From: Auanema rhodensis
Taxonomy: Eukaryota; Animalia; Nematoda
Reading direction: 5' to 3'
Assembly: GCA_964057225.1 (NCBI GenBank)
Contig: OZ059896.1
Location: 2,728,001 to 2,792,000 of the forward strand
Length of the DNA stretch: 64,000 bases
The notes under the pieces: model-generated
Told to the model about the DNA's origin: nothing
The model's input: the letters and a program-made list of their open reading frames with translations, nothing else
The model's database searches: none
Program-made: the position numbers and the translations under genes
In this document: positions 45,401 to 54,042 of the stretch, in pieces
Position numbering within the stretch: position 1 is the stretch's first letter
Layout: each line of letters begins with the position of its first letter

Positions 45401-48400
45401 TAAATTAAAGTTCACGTAAATTTCAAAGTCATGGTTACCATGAACCAATATCAATAAAAATTTGTTTTTAGACTAATATGGACATGGGGAATCTAATTTT
45501 GAAAACCGCATCTCTTTATCTTTCACGTGAAGCGAGTTACATACCAAGTGCACATCACGTGTACATTTAATTAGCATAAATTAAAGTTCACGTAAATTTC
45601 AAAGTCATGGTTACCATGCACCAATATCAATAAAAATTTGTTTTTAGACTAATATGGACATGGAGAATCTAATTTTGAAAACCGCATCTCTTTATCTTTC
45701 ACGTGAAGCGAGTTACATACCAAGTGCACATCACGTGTACATTTAATTAGCATAAATTAAAGTTCACGTAAATTTCAAAGTCATGGTTACCATGCACCAA
45801 TATCGATAAAAATTTGTTTTTAGACTAATATGAACATGGGGAATCTAATTTTGAAAACCGCATCTCTTTATCTTTCACGTGAAGCGAGTTACATACCAAG
45901 TGCACATAACGTGTACATTTAATTAGCATAAATTAAAGTTCACGTAAATTTCAAAGTCATGGTTACCATGCACCAATATCAATAAAAATTTGTTTTTAGA
46001 CTAATATGGACATGGAGAATCTAATTTTGAAAACCGCATCTCTTTATCTTTCACGTGAAGCGAGTTACATACCAAGTGCACATCACGTGTACATTTAATT
46101 AGCATAAATTAAAGTTCACGTAAATTTCAAAGTCATGGTTACCATGCACCAATATTAATAAAAATTTGTTTTTAAACTAATATGAACATGGGGAATCTAA
46201 TTTTGAAAACCGCATCTCTTTATCTTTCACGTGAAGCGAGTTACATACCAAGTGCACATCACGTGTACATTTAATTAGCATAAATTAAAGTTCACGTAAA
46301 TTTCAAAGTCATGGTTACCATGAACCAATATCAATAAAAATTTGTTTTTAGACTAATATTTACATGGGGAATCTAATTTTGAAAATCGCATCTCTTTATC
46401 TTTCACGTGAAGCGAGTTACATACCAAGTGCACATCACGTGTACATTTAATTAGCATAAATTAAAGTTCACGTAAATTTCAAAGTCATGGTTACCATGAA
46501 CCAATATCAATAAAAATTTGTTTTTAGACTAATATGGACATGGGGAATCTAATTTTGAAAACCGCATCTCTTTATCTTTCACGTGAAGCGAGTTACATAC
46601 CAAGTGCACATCACGTGTACATTTAATTAGCATAAATTAAAGTTCACGTAAATTTCAAAGTCATGGTTACCATGCACCAATATTAATAAAAATTTGTTTT
46701 TAGACTAATATGGACATGGGGAATCTAATTTTGAAAACCGCATCTCTTTATCTTTCACGTGAAGCGAGTTACATACCAAGTGCACATCACGTGTACATTT
46801 AATTAGCATAAATTAAAGTTCACGTAAATTTCAAAGTCATGGTTACCATGCACCAATATCAATAAAAATTTGTTTTTAGAATAATATGGACATGGGGAAT
46901 CTAATTTTGAAAACCGCATCTCTTTATCTTTCACGTGAAGCGAGTTACATACCAAGTGCACATCACGTGTACACTTAATTAGCATAAATTAATGTTCACG
47001 TAAATTTCAAAGTCATGGTTACCATGCACCAATATCAATAAAAATTTGTTTTTAGACTAATATGGACATGGGGAATCTAATTTTGAAAACCGCATCTCTT
47101 TATCTTTCAAGTGAAGCGAGTTACATACCAAGTGCACATCACGTGTACATTTAATTAGCATAAATTAAAGTTCACGTAAATTTCAAAGTCATGGTTACCA
47201 TGCACCAATATCGATAAAAATTTGTTTTTAGACTAATATGAACATGGGGAATCTAATTTTGAAAACCGCATCTCTTTATCTTTCACGTGAAGCGAGTTAC
47301 ATACCAAGTGCACATAACGTGTACATTTAATTAGCATAAATTAAAGTTCACGTAAATTTCAAAGTCATGGTTACCATGCACCAATATCAATGAAAATTTG
47401 TTTTTAGACTAATATGGACATGGAGAATCTAATTTTGAAAACCGCATCTCTTTATCTTTCACGTGAAGCGAGTTACATACCAAGTGCACATCACGTGTAC
47501 ATTTAATTAGCATAAATTAAAGTTCACGTAAATTTCAAAGTCATGGTTACCATGCACCAATATTAATAAAAATTTGTTTTTAAACTAATATGAACATGGG
47601 GAATCTAATTTTGAAAACCGCATCTCTTTATCTTTCACGTGAAGCGAGTTACATACCAAGTGCACATCACGTGTACATTTAATTAGCATAAATTAAAGTT
47701 CACGTAAATTTCAAAGTCATGGTTACCATGAACCAATATCAATAAAAATTTGTTTTTAGACTAATATTTACATGGGGAATCTAATTTTGAAAATCGCATC
47801 TCTTTATCTTTCACGTGAAGCGAGTTACATACCAAGTGCACATCACGTGTACATTTAATTAGCATAAATTAAAGTTCACGTAAATTTCAAAGTCATGGTT
47901 ACCATGCACCAATATCAATAAAAATTTGCTTTTAGACTAATATGGACATGGAGAATCTAATTTTGAAAACCGCATCTCTTTATCTTTCACGTGAAGCGAG
48001 TTACATACCAAGTGCACATCACGTGTACATTTAATTAGCATAAATTAAAGTTCACGTAAATTTCAAAGTCATGGTTACCATGCACCAATATCGATAAAAA
48101 TTTGTTTTTAGACTAATATGAACATGGGGAATCTAATTTTGAAAACCGCATCTCTTTATCTTTCACGTGAAGCGAGTTACATACCAAGTGCACATAACGT
48201 GTACATTTAATTAGCATAAATTAAAGTTCACGTAAATTTCAAAGTCATGGTTACCATGCACCAATATCAATAAAAATTTGTTTTTAGACTAATATGGACA
48301 TGGAGAATCTAATTTTGAAAACCGCATCTCTTTATCTTTCACGTGAAGCGAGTTACATACCAAGTGCACATCACGTGTACATTTAATTAGCATAAATTAA

Positions 48401-49145
48401 AGTTCACGTAAATTTCAAAGTCATGGTTACCATGCACCAATATTAATAAAAATTTGTTTTTAAACTAATATGAACATGGGGAATCTAATTTTGAAAACCG
48501 CATCTCTTTATCTTTCACGTGAAGCGAGTTACATACCAAGTGCACATCACGTGTACATTTAATTAGCATAAATTAAAGTTCACGTAAATTTCAAAGTCAT
48601 GGTTACCATGAACCAATATCAATAAAAATTTGTTTTTAGACTAATATTTACATGGGGAATCTAATTTTGAAAATCGCATCTCTTTATCTTTCACGTGAAG
48701 CGAGTTACATACCAAGTGCACATCACGTGTACATTTAATTAGCATAAATTAAAGTTCACGTAAATTTCAAAGTCATGGTTACCATGAACCAATATCAATA
48801 AAAATTTGTTTTTAGACTAATATGGACATGGGGAATCTAATTTTGAAAACCGCATCTCTTTATCTTTCACGTGAAGCGAGTTACATACCAAGTGCACATC
48901 ACGTGTACATTTAATTAGCATAAATTAAAGTTCACGTAAATTTCAAAGTCATGGTTACCATGCACCAATATTAATAAAAATTTGTTTTTAGACTAATATG
49001 GACATGGGGAATCTAATTTTGAAAACCGCATCTCTTTATCTTTCACGTGAAGCGAGTTACATACCAAGTGCACATCACGTGTACATTTAATTAGCATAAA
49101 TTAAAGTTCACGTAAATTTCAAAGTCATGGTTACCATGAACCAAT

Positions 49146-49415
49146 TTCCGCGCCGTGACCTCATTCCGCGCCGTGACCTCATTCCGCGCCGTGACCTCAT
49201 TCCGCGCCGTGACCTCATTCCGCGCCGTGACCTCATTCCGCGCCGTGACCTTTTTCCGCGCCGTGACCTCATTCCGCGCCGTGACCTCATTCCGCGCCGT
49301 GACCTCATTCCGCGCCGTGACCTCATTCCGCGCCGTGACCTCATTCCGCGCCGTGACCTCATTCCGCGCCGTGACCTCATTCCGCGCCGTGACCTCATTC
49401 CGCGCCGTGACCTCA
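49146..49415 (+). repeat. 15 x 18-bp GC-rich tandem repeat TTCCGCGCCGTGACCTCA at the LINE 5' end
   Basis: 270 bp equals 15 whole units. Fourteen are identical; unit 6 (49236-49253) ends CCTTT instead of CCTCA. Confidence 0.98.
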
Positions 49416-49429
49416 ACGTGAGCGGTCGT
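49395..49429 (+). promoter_or_regulatory. Putative internal Pol II core promoter: Inr TCATTC (A+1 = 49397) plus DPE GGTCGT (+28 to +33)
   Basis: TCATTC (49395-49400) matches the Drosophila Inr TCAKTY. GGTCGT (49424-49429) matches DPE RGWYV(T) at the canonical spacing, and +24 (49420) is G. Inr/DPE internal promoters are established for jockey-type LINEs. Activity here is inferred. Confidence 0.6.
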
Positions 49430-49665
49430 TTGCTGTCGATCAATAGCTGCTGTTCAAGTTTACGCCGGACTGGTTTTTTTCAAGGTACGCTACTTTTTCC
49501 TGTTTTTATACATTTATTCTAATTTTTTTTCATTTATTCTTTCTTGTCCATTACTCACTTTTTTACTTATCTTTCTCATTTGTATCACCTATCTTTTCTC
49601 CATTTTCACTTGTTTTTATCTCTCTATTTTTCCTATTTTCATTCACTTTTTTTTTCAATATTATC

Positions 49666-50715
49666 ATGTCAGTTGTAACAAAAGATTTTTTTACTGAAAC
49701 ACTTGATGTTCTTTCCAAATCTCTTCGTGATTCTTTTTCACAACTTTCTGCTGAAATTAAAAACGAGCTGAACAACATTAAAACCAATGTTGCGGTTAAT
49801 GAAATGCGTATTAAAAATCTCGAAGACGATTTCAAGTTACGTATTGAGGGTTTAGAAAAGAAATTTCTTAATGTATCAAAATCTATTGTTACTTCTACCT
49901 CTCAATCATCCTCTTCTACTGTTCTGTGTCAGGTTCAAAAAGTTAGATCTGAGGAGTCAAAGTTTTCCTATCGTTTGAATAGAGCGGTGTGGTTTCGTGT
50001 TCCCCACGACTCATCCGAACTACCCTCGGACCCCACTTCTCTCCTAAAACTTGTCGTTGAAAAATCTAACGACTCTACTTTGACTTCTCTCATTAACAGC
50101 AACCAAATTACTATAACCCGTTCAACTCTAAAATCTAAATCTCTTGGTCCTCTTGTAATTTCATGTTCAACAGTTGATTTACGTGACAAAATTATTGATA
50201 TCATTAAGTCCAACAAAGCGAAATGCTTTGCTTGTTTGTCAAAAACTTTTATTCGCCGCGACTATCTTCCTTTCGAGGTAGAAATAGAAAAAAAACTACG
50301 TGAGGAAGCTAAAAATAAAAATCTGGACAATAATGAATCAATTTACCTTGTACGCGACCTTAAACTTATCAAGGTTCTTCGTAAATCAACTTCACCCTCT
50401 ATTCATGTTCTCTCAAACATTAATGCTTCTCAAAATGTCTCCAGTCTCTGTCCTGTGGTCCAAAATGACCCTATCGTTCCGTCTGTGTCCGACACTGTTG
50501 TAATATCCAGTCCGCCTTCTAAATCTGGTAGGAATAGCCGTTCAGCAGGTAGATCCAAACCTCTTTCTACGGTTGAGAGATTTTCAATCAGCCCCAGAAA
50601 GAGGAAAAATCCCCCACGCTGTACTAAAACCAATTCCGAGTACCATACCAGATCTAAAAGCGGTTCTAATATAACATCTCAACCTGAGTCTGATACGAAC
50701 AGGTTATTTCGTTAA
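49666..50715 (+). CDS. LINE ORF1 protein, 349 aa (putative RNA-binding/chaperone)
   Basis: ATG-initiated, intact, directly upstream of ORF2. N-terminal heptad-like segment (LSAEIKNELNNIK..IKNLEDDFKLRIEGLEKKF), central FIRRDY..EKKLREEA..YLVRDLKL segment resembling CR1-type ORF1s, basic Ser/Pro-rich tail. No CCHC knuckle. Confidence 0.85.
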   Translation: MSVVTKDFFTETLDVLSKSLRDSFSQLSAEIKNELNNIKTNVAVNEMRIKNLEDDFKLRIEGLEKKFLNVSKSIVTSTSQSSSSTVLCQVQKVRSEESKFSYRLNRAVWFRVPHDSSELPSDPTSLLKLVVEKSNDSTLTSLINSNQITITRSTLKSKSLGPLVISCSTVDLRDKIIDIIKSNKAKCFACLSKTFIRRDYLPFEVEIEKKLREEAKNKNLDNNESIYLVRDLKLIKVLRKSTSPSIHVLSNINASQNVSSLCPVVQNDPIVPSVSDTVVISSPPSKSGRNSRSAGRSKPLSTVERFSISPRKRKNPPRCTKTNSEYHTRSKSGSNITSQPESDTNRLFR

Positions 50716-53563
50716 GGCTTCACAACCGTCAACTACGTCCAGTTCCTGTGTCCCTGTTAATTTTTCTGTTCATTGTTATAATGCACGCTCTATTCTCAAC
50801 AAATTTCATTTTCTTACTACTATCCATAGTATTTCATCTCCTGATATCATTGCTATATCAGAATCCTGGCTTTTTCCCAATTTCAACTCTAATCATATTC
50901 CGCTCGGTAACTATTACAATCTATTCAGAGCCGACAAGTGTACAGCCCGTGGCGGCGGCACTCTTATCTTCATCAAAAAATCTATTAACTCTACCTTACT
51001 TTCTTGTTCTTCTCAATCTTCTTCCGTCCAATTCATCAACATACTCATCTCTTCTATCAACACAGTTTTTTCGGTTTGTTACCGCTCTCCCTCTTCTCTT
51101 CATTCCGATTTTTCTCATTATCTTTCAGATCTTACTGGCCATATAAAAAACCGTTCATTTCTCATCACAGGTGATTTAAATTTTCCCTACATCAACTGGG
51201 ATCTTTCTGAATCTTCCCGCCCGTCCCCCTCCAGTGGATCTATTTTTCAATTTTTGAAAGATAGCTGTTCGGATCAGCTGGTAAATTTTCCTACCCGGGG
51301 AAAATATATTCTCGACTACATCATCACAAATAATTCTACTATGGTCAGTAACATAGTCCGTTCCTCCCCTTTAGGTAACTCCGACCACTACTCTGTCATT
51401 TTTTCTATACTCAGCAACTCTGTCAGATCGGATTTGTCTCTTCCTCCCGTTGTTTCACCTATCAATTCTTCTTTACCAAACTTTGCTCAACTCAATTTTC
51501 TTCGGGCGGATTACAACATAATTAACCACCACCTTGCCAGCATCGACTTTGCTACGGAACTTTCCGTTCTTACTCCTCTGGACTCCTACACAAAATTTAT
51601 CGAAATTATTCACTCTGTCATTAACAGGTTTGTTCCCTATAAGCAGCCAAAACGAAAGAACAAAATCGATAAAGAAATTGCTAGTCTTTCTAGTTTTATC
51701 AGCAGACTTAGTTCATCTATCTGCCCTCGAGACGAACTTCATCGCAAAAAACTGACTATCAAGCTTGATAGACTTCTGAAACTTAAATCTGCTTCTGAAG
51801 AAGAGAAAACCGCAGCTCTCAACAACCCTAGAATTTTCTATCAATTTTGCAGAGCTCGTCTTGGAGCATGCACTTCAGATATCCCCACCATTAAATGTGA
51901 AAACAACACGTACTCATCCGACAGCGATAAAGCATCTGTTTTCGCAGATACTTTTTTTGTCAAACCAGGATCTTCTTTCAAAAAAATAAATCCTTCCCCT
52001 GCTTTTTCTTCTACCATAGACTTCATAGATATTTCTCCGGACAAAGTCTACAAGGTTCTTTCTCGTCTTCCTCTTAGATTTTCAACTTCTCCGGACGGAA
52101 TTCCTTACTACTTTCTCAAACAATGCGCTTTCTCTCTCACTCTCCCACTGGCTTTCATTTTTCACAATCTTCTCGTTTCCTCATCCTGTCCTCCTGCTTG
52201 GAAAAAAGCTTGGATTCGACCAATCTTCAAATCCGGCAATCGTTCTACTCCTTCCAATTATCGTCCTATATCTCTTACTCCTAGTCTCTCCAAGGTTTTT
52301 GAGCGTCTTATAAGCTCTCCCCTTCTCAACTTTGGCATTTCAACCGGTTCAATATCTTCTAACCAACACGCTTTTCTTCCTAAGCGTAATACGGTTTCAG
52401 CCATTATCAACAGTCATATTGCTTGGAGATCATCTATCGACAAAAACTTACCAGCTTTTGTTGCATTCATAGATTTCTCAAAAGCATTTGACCTCATCAA
52501 TCACTCTATACTCATCCACAAACTTCACTCCATTGGTGTGCGTGGCTCTCTTCTATCATTTCTCAAAAATTTCATCACAAACAGATCTTACTCAGTTTTG
52601 GTCAATAATTCTCTCTCCAACTCTACCAATTTATTGTGTGGCGTTCCCCAAGATACTGTTTTAGGCCCTCTTCTTTTTCTTTTTTACATCAACGACATCA
52701 CATCTTTTCTCCCTGATGACGTTCATTCCACTTTATTTGCTGACGATCTCAAGCTGTACAGCACTAACCGGGTAAGTCTTCAAAATGCACTCAATTCTCT
52801 TAATGATTGGTGTAACAACAACGGAATGAGAGTCAACACAAGCAAAACTAAAATAATGGTGTTTTCTGATGATAGCTCATCTCAAAAAATTGAAAAAACG
52901 TTTTCTTTCGGTGAGTTCCCTTTGTCTCTAGCATCAAGCTATAAAGACCTCGGAGTTTTAACAGACCAAAACTTATCATTTGGTAGTCACATCAACTATG
53001 TTAGCAACTTGGCAGCTCAAAAATGCCGCATTATCCTACGTTGTTTTCATTCTAGATCCCCGGTCTTAATGTTTAGACTTTTTTGTTGCTATGTTCGTCC
53101 TATTCTTGAGTACGCATCAGTCGTATGGTCACCACAGGATAACAAAAACAAAGCTCGTATAGAAAACGTACAGAAAAAGTTTTTGCGTGCAGTTTTTTGT
53201 AGGGCAGGAATTTTTTCTAGCTACGCCGATCAGCTTACCGCTCTTCAAGCCGATGATCTATCAACCAGAAGGCTGGTAACCGATCTTTTATTTTATTTTA
53301 ACCATATTAAAGCTGAGGCAGAATTTAGAATTTTTGAAATTAAACTTTTTTCTCACTCTCTACGTAGACACCAATGGAATGTTGTTTTTCCGAATCTTCG
53401 GAAAAACACTTCAAGAAACGGCATCGAATACAGAGCTATAAAGGCATGGAATTCCTTACCTGAGAACCTAATTCAACAAACAAAAATCGGAAGCTTCAAG
53501 AAACACCTCTACAATGCCCTACGAGGCTCACAACATGATTCTTCCACATTTTTATGTAGTTAA
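50675..53563 (+). CDS. LINE ORF2: APE endonuclease + reverse transcriptase (962 sense codons stop-to-stop; true start unknown)
   Basis: Manual translation shows the frame of the 51254 ORF stays open back to TAA at 50672-50674. It contains APE motifs YNARS, PDIIAISESWL, RGGG, YRSP, GDLNFP, LDY, SDH and RT motifs SPDGIP, PIFK, NYRPISL, KVFE, FIDFSKAFD, GVPQD, FADD (52736-52747), YKDLGV. No internal stop or frameshift. Confidence 0.95.
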   Translation, partial: HLNLSLIRTGYFVKASQPSTTSSSCVPVNFSVHCYNARSILNKFHFLTTIHSISSPDIIAISESWLFPNFNSNHIPLGNYYNLFRADKCTARGGGTLIFIKKSINSTLLSCSSQSSSVQFINILISSINTVFSVCYRSPSSLHSDFSHYLSDLTGHIKNRSFLITGDLNFPYINWDLSESSRPSPSSGSIFQFLKDSCSDQLVNFPTRGKYILDYIITNNSTMVSNIVRSSPLGNSDHYSVIFSILSNSVRSDLSLPPVVSPINSSLPNFAQLNFLRADYNIINHHLASIDFATELSVLTPLDSYTKFIEIIHSVINRFVPYKQPKRKNKIDKEIASLSSFISRLSSSICPRDELHRKKLTIKLDRLLKLKSASEEEKTAALNNPRIFYQFCRARLGACTSDIPTIKCENNTYSSDSDKASVFADTFFVKPGSSFKKINPSPAFSSTIDFIDISPDKVYKVLSRLPLRFSTSPDGIPYYFLKQCAFSLTLPLAFIFHNLLVSSSCPPAWKKAWIRPIFKSGNRSTPSNYRPISLTPSLSKVFERLISSPLLNFGISTGSISSNQHAFLPKRNTVSAIINSHIAWRSSIDKNLPAFVAFIDFSKAFDLINHSILIHKLHSIGVRGSLLSFLKNFITNRSYSVLVNNSLSNSTNLLCGVPQDTVLGPLLFLFYINDITSFLPDDVHSTLFADDLKLYSTNRVSLQNALNSLNDWCNNNGMRVNTSKTKIMVFSDDSSSQKIEKTFSFGEFPLSLASSYKDLGVLTDQNLSFGSHINYVSNLAAQKCRIILRCFHSRSPVLMFRLFCCYVRPILEYASVVWSPQDNKNKARIENVQKKFLRAVFCRAGIFSSYADQLTALQADDLSTRRLVTDLLFYFNHIKAEAEFRIFEIKLFSHSLRRHQWNVVFPNLRKNTSRNGIEYRAIKAWNSLPENLIQQTKIGSFKKHLYNALRGSQHDSSTFLCS

Positions 53564-54042
53564 GTTCATTCTTGGTTATAATCTCTTTGTTTTGTTTTTT
53601 TTTCATATTACTCTTCGCGTTTTTGTTTTTTTCTCTTTAAATGTTTTTCTGATTATGACTAAGTGCGACAGTTTCATTTCTTTTTTCCAACCCTTCTACA
53701 CTTCTTGTTACTTCGCTTCAAATCTTATAGACATGAGTCATACGGATTGAATGCAAGTTACCTCCTATTGTTAGAACGGGCTCGGCTCGAATCATGAGTA
53801 CCTCCGTACCTAACAACTACCAACCGGAGGTCAGCAATTCGCTGAACAAAACCCCCTGTTCTCACTGGAAAAATTTGAAAGAAACTGCTCACTGCAACTC
53901 ATTCTCAGATCATTCTCTCCCTAACTATGTTTTATAATGTTTCCTATTTTTCCTGTTCCTATTGTAAGGTTCTTATACATCCTACTACACAACTATTTAC
54001 TCATTTCGTTAAACCTGTAATATTGAACATTAAACCAATAAA
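53564..54042 (+). other. LINE 3' UTR (about 480 nt), T-rich with a structured GC-richer core
   Basis: Lies between the ORF2 stop and the return to satellite; complementary segments at 53773-53862. Confidence 0.85.
54037..54042 (+). terminator. AATAAA polyadenylation-signal-like hexamer at the LINE 3' terminus
   Basis: ..TAAACC-AATAAA-CGTGTACATTT..; its last 1-2 A residues are shared with the satellite. No poly(A) follows. Confidence 0.5.

Larger units (their letters stand above)
1..49145. repeat. 176-bp satellite DNA tandem array, left arm (about 279 monomers, continues beyond window start)
   Basis: AGCATAAATTAAAGTTCACG recurs at 1, 177, 353 and onward. Copies differ by a few substitutions, with occasional 175-bp monomers. 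Monomer has 56/176 G+C. No inversion seen. The array stops at monomer position 53 (..CCATGAACCAAT, 49145). Confidence 0.99.
49146..54042 (+). mobile_element. Full-length non-LTR retrotransposon (LINE, CR1-like; ORF1 + APE-RT ORF2) inserted in the satellite
   Basis: The only non-satellite block in the window. Layout is 5' repeats/UTR, ORF1, ORF2 with APE and RT motifs, 3' UTR ending in AATAAA. No LTRs, integrase or RNase H seen. The ORF2 C-terminus (YVRPILEYASVVWSP, IENVQKKFLR, AWNSLP) is typical of CR1/L2-group elements. Clade assignment is by motif recognition only. Confidence 0.96.

Noticed and set aside
49146-49163. Transcription-factor sites in the 18-mer (TGACCT nuclear-receptor half-site, CRE-like TGACCTCA, E2F-like TTCCGCGC)
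   Set aside because: Short or imperfect matches that are likely by chance; no support beyond resemblance.
49146-49415. 18-bp array as a CRISPR array or telomeric repeat
   Set aside because: No spacers and no cas genes; it is interstitial, fused to the LINE 5' UTR, and unlike telomere motifs I recognise.
49108-49522. Repetitive ORFs (SRRGMR)n, (PRRDLI)n, (TSFRAV)n
   Set aside because: By-products of a stop-free 18-bp repeat; the + strand ATG lies in the flanking satellite.
51254-53563. ORF-track start of the 769-aa RT ORF
   Set aside because: It is an internal TTG; the frame extends to 50675 and includes most of the APE domain.
51254-53563. Bacterial RT system (retron, DGR, group II intron, defence RT)
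   Set aside because: APE-RT fusion, upstream ORF1 and satellite context identify a eukaryotic non-LTR retrotransposon.
49563-53750. Small alternate-frame or antisense ORFs (49563, 49968, 50300, 50430, 50748, 51534, 51841, 53514)
   Set aside because: Shadows of ORF1/ORF2; the hydrophobic 132-aa ORF reflects T/C bias and overlaps the APE in another frame.
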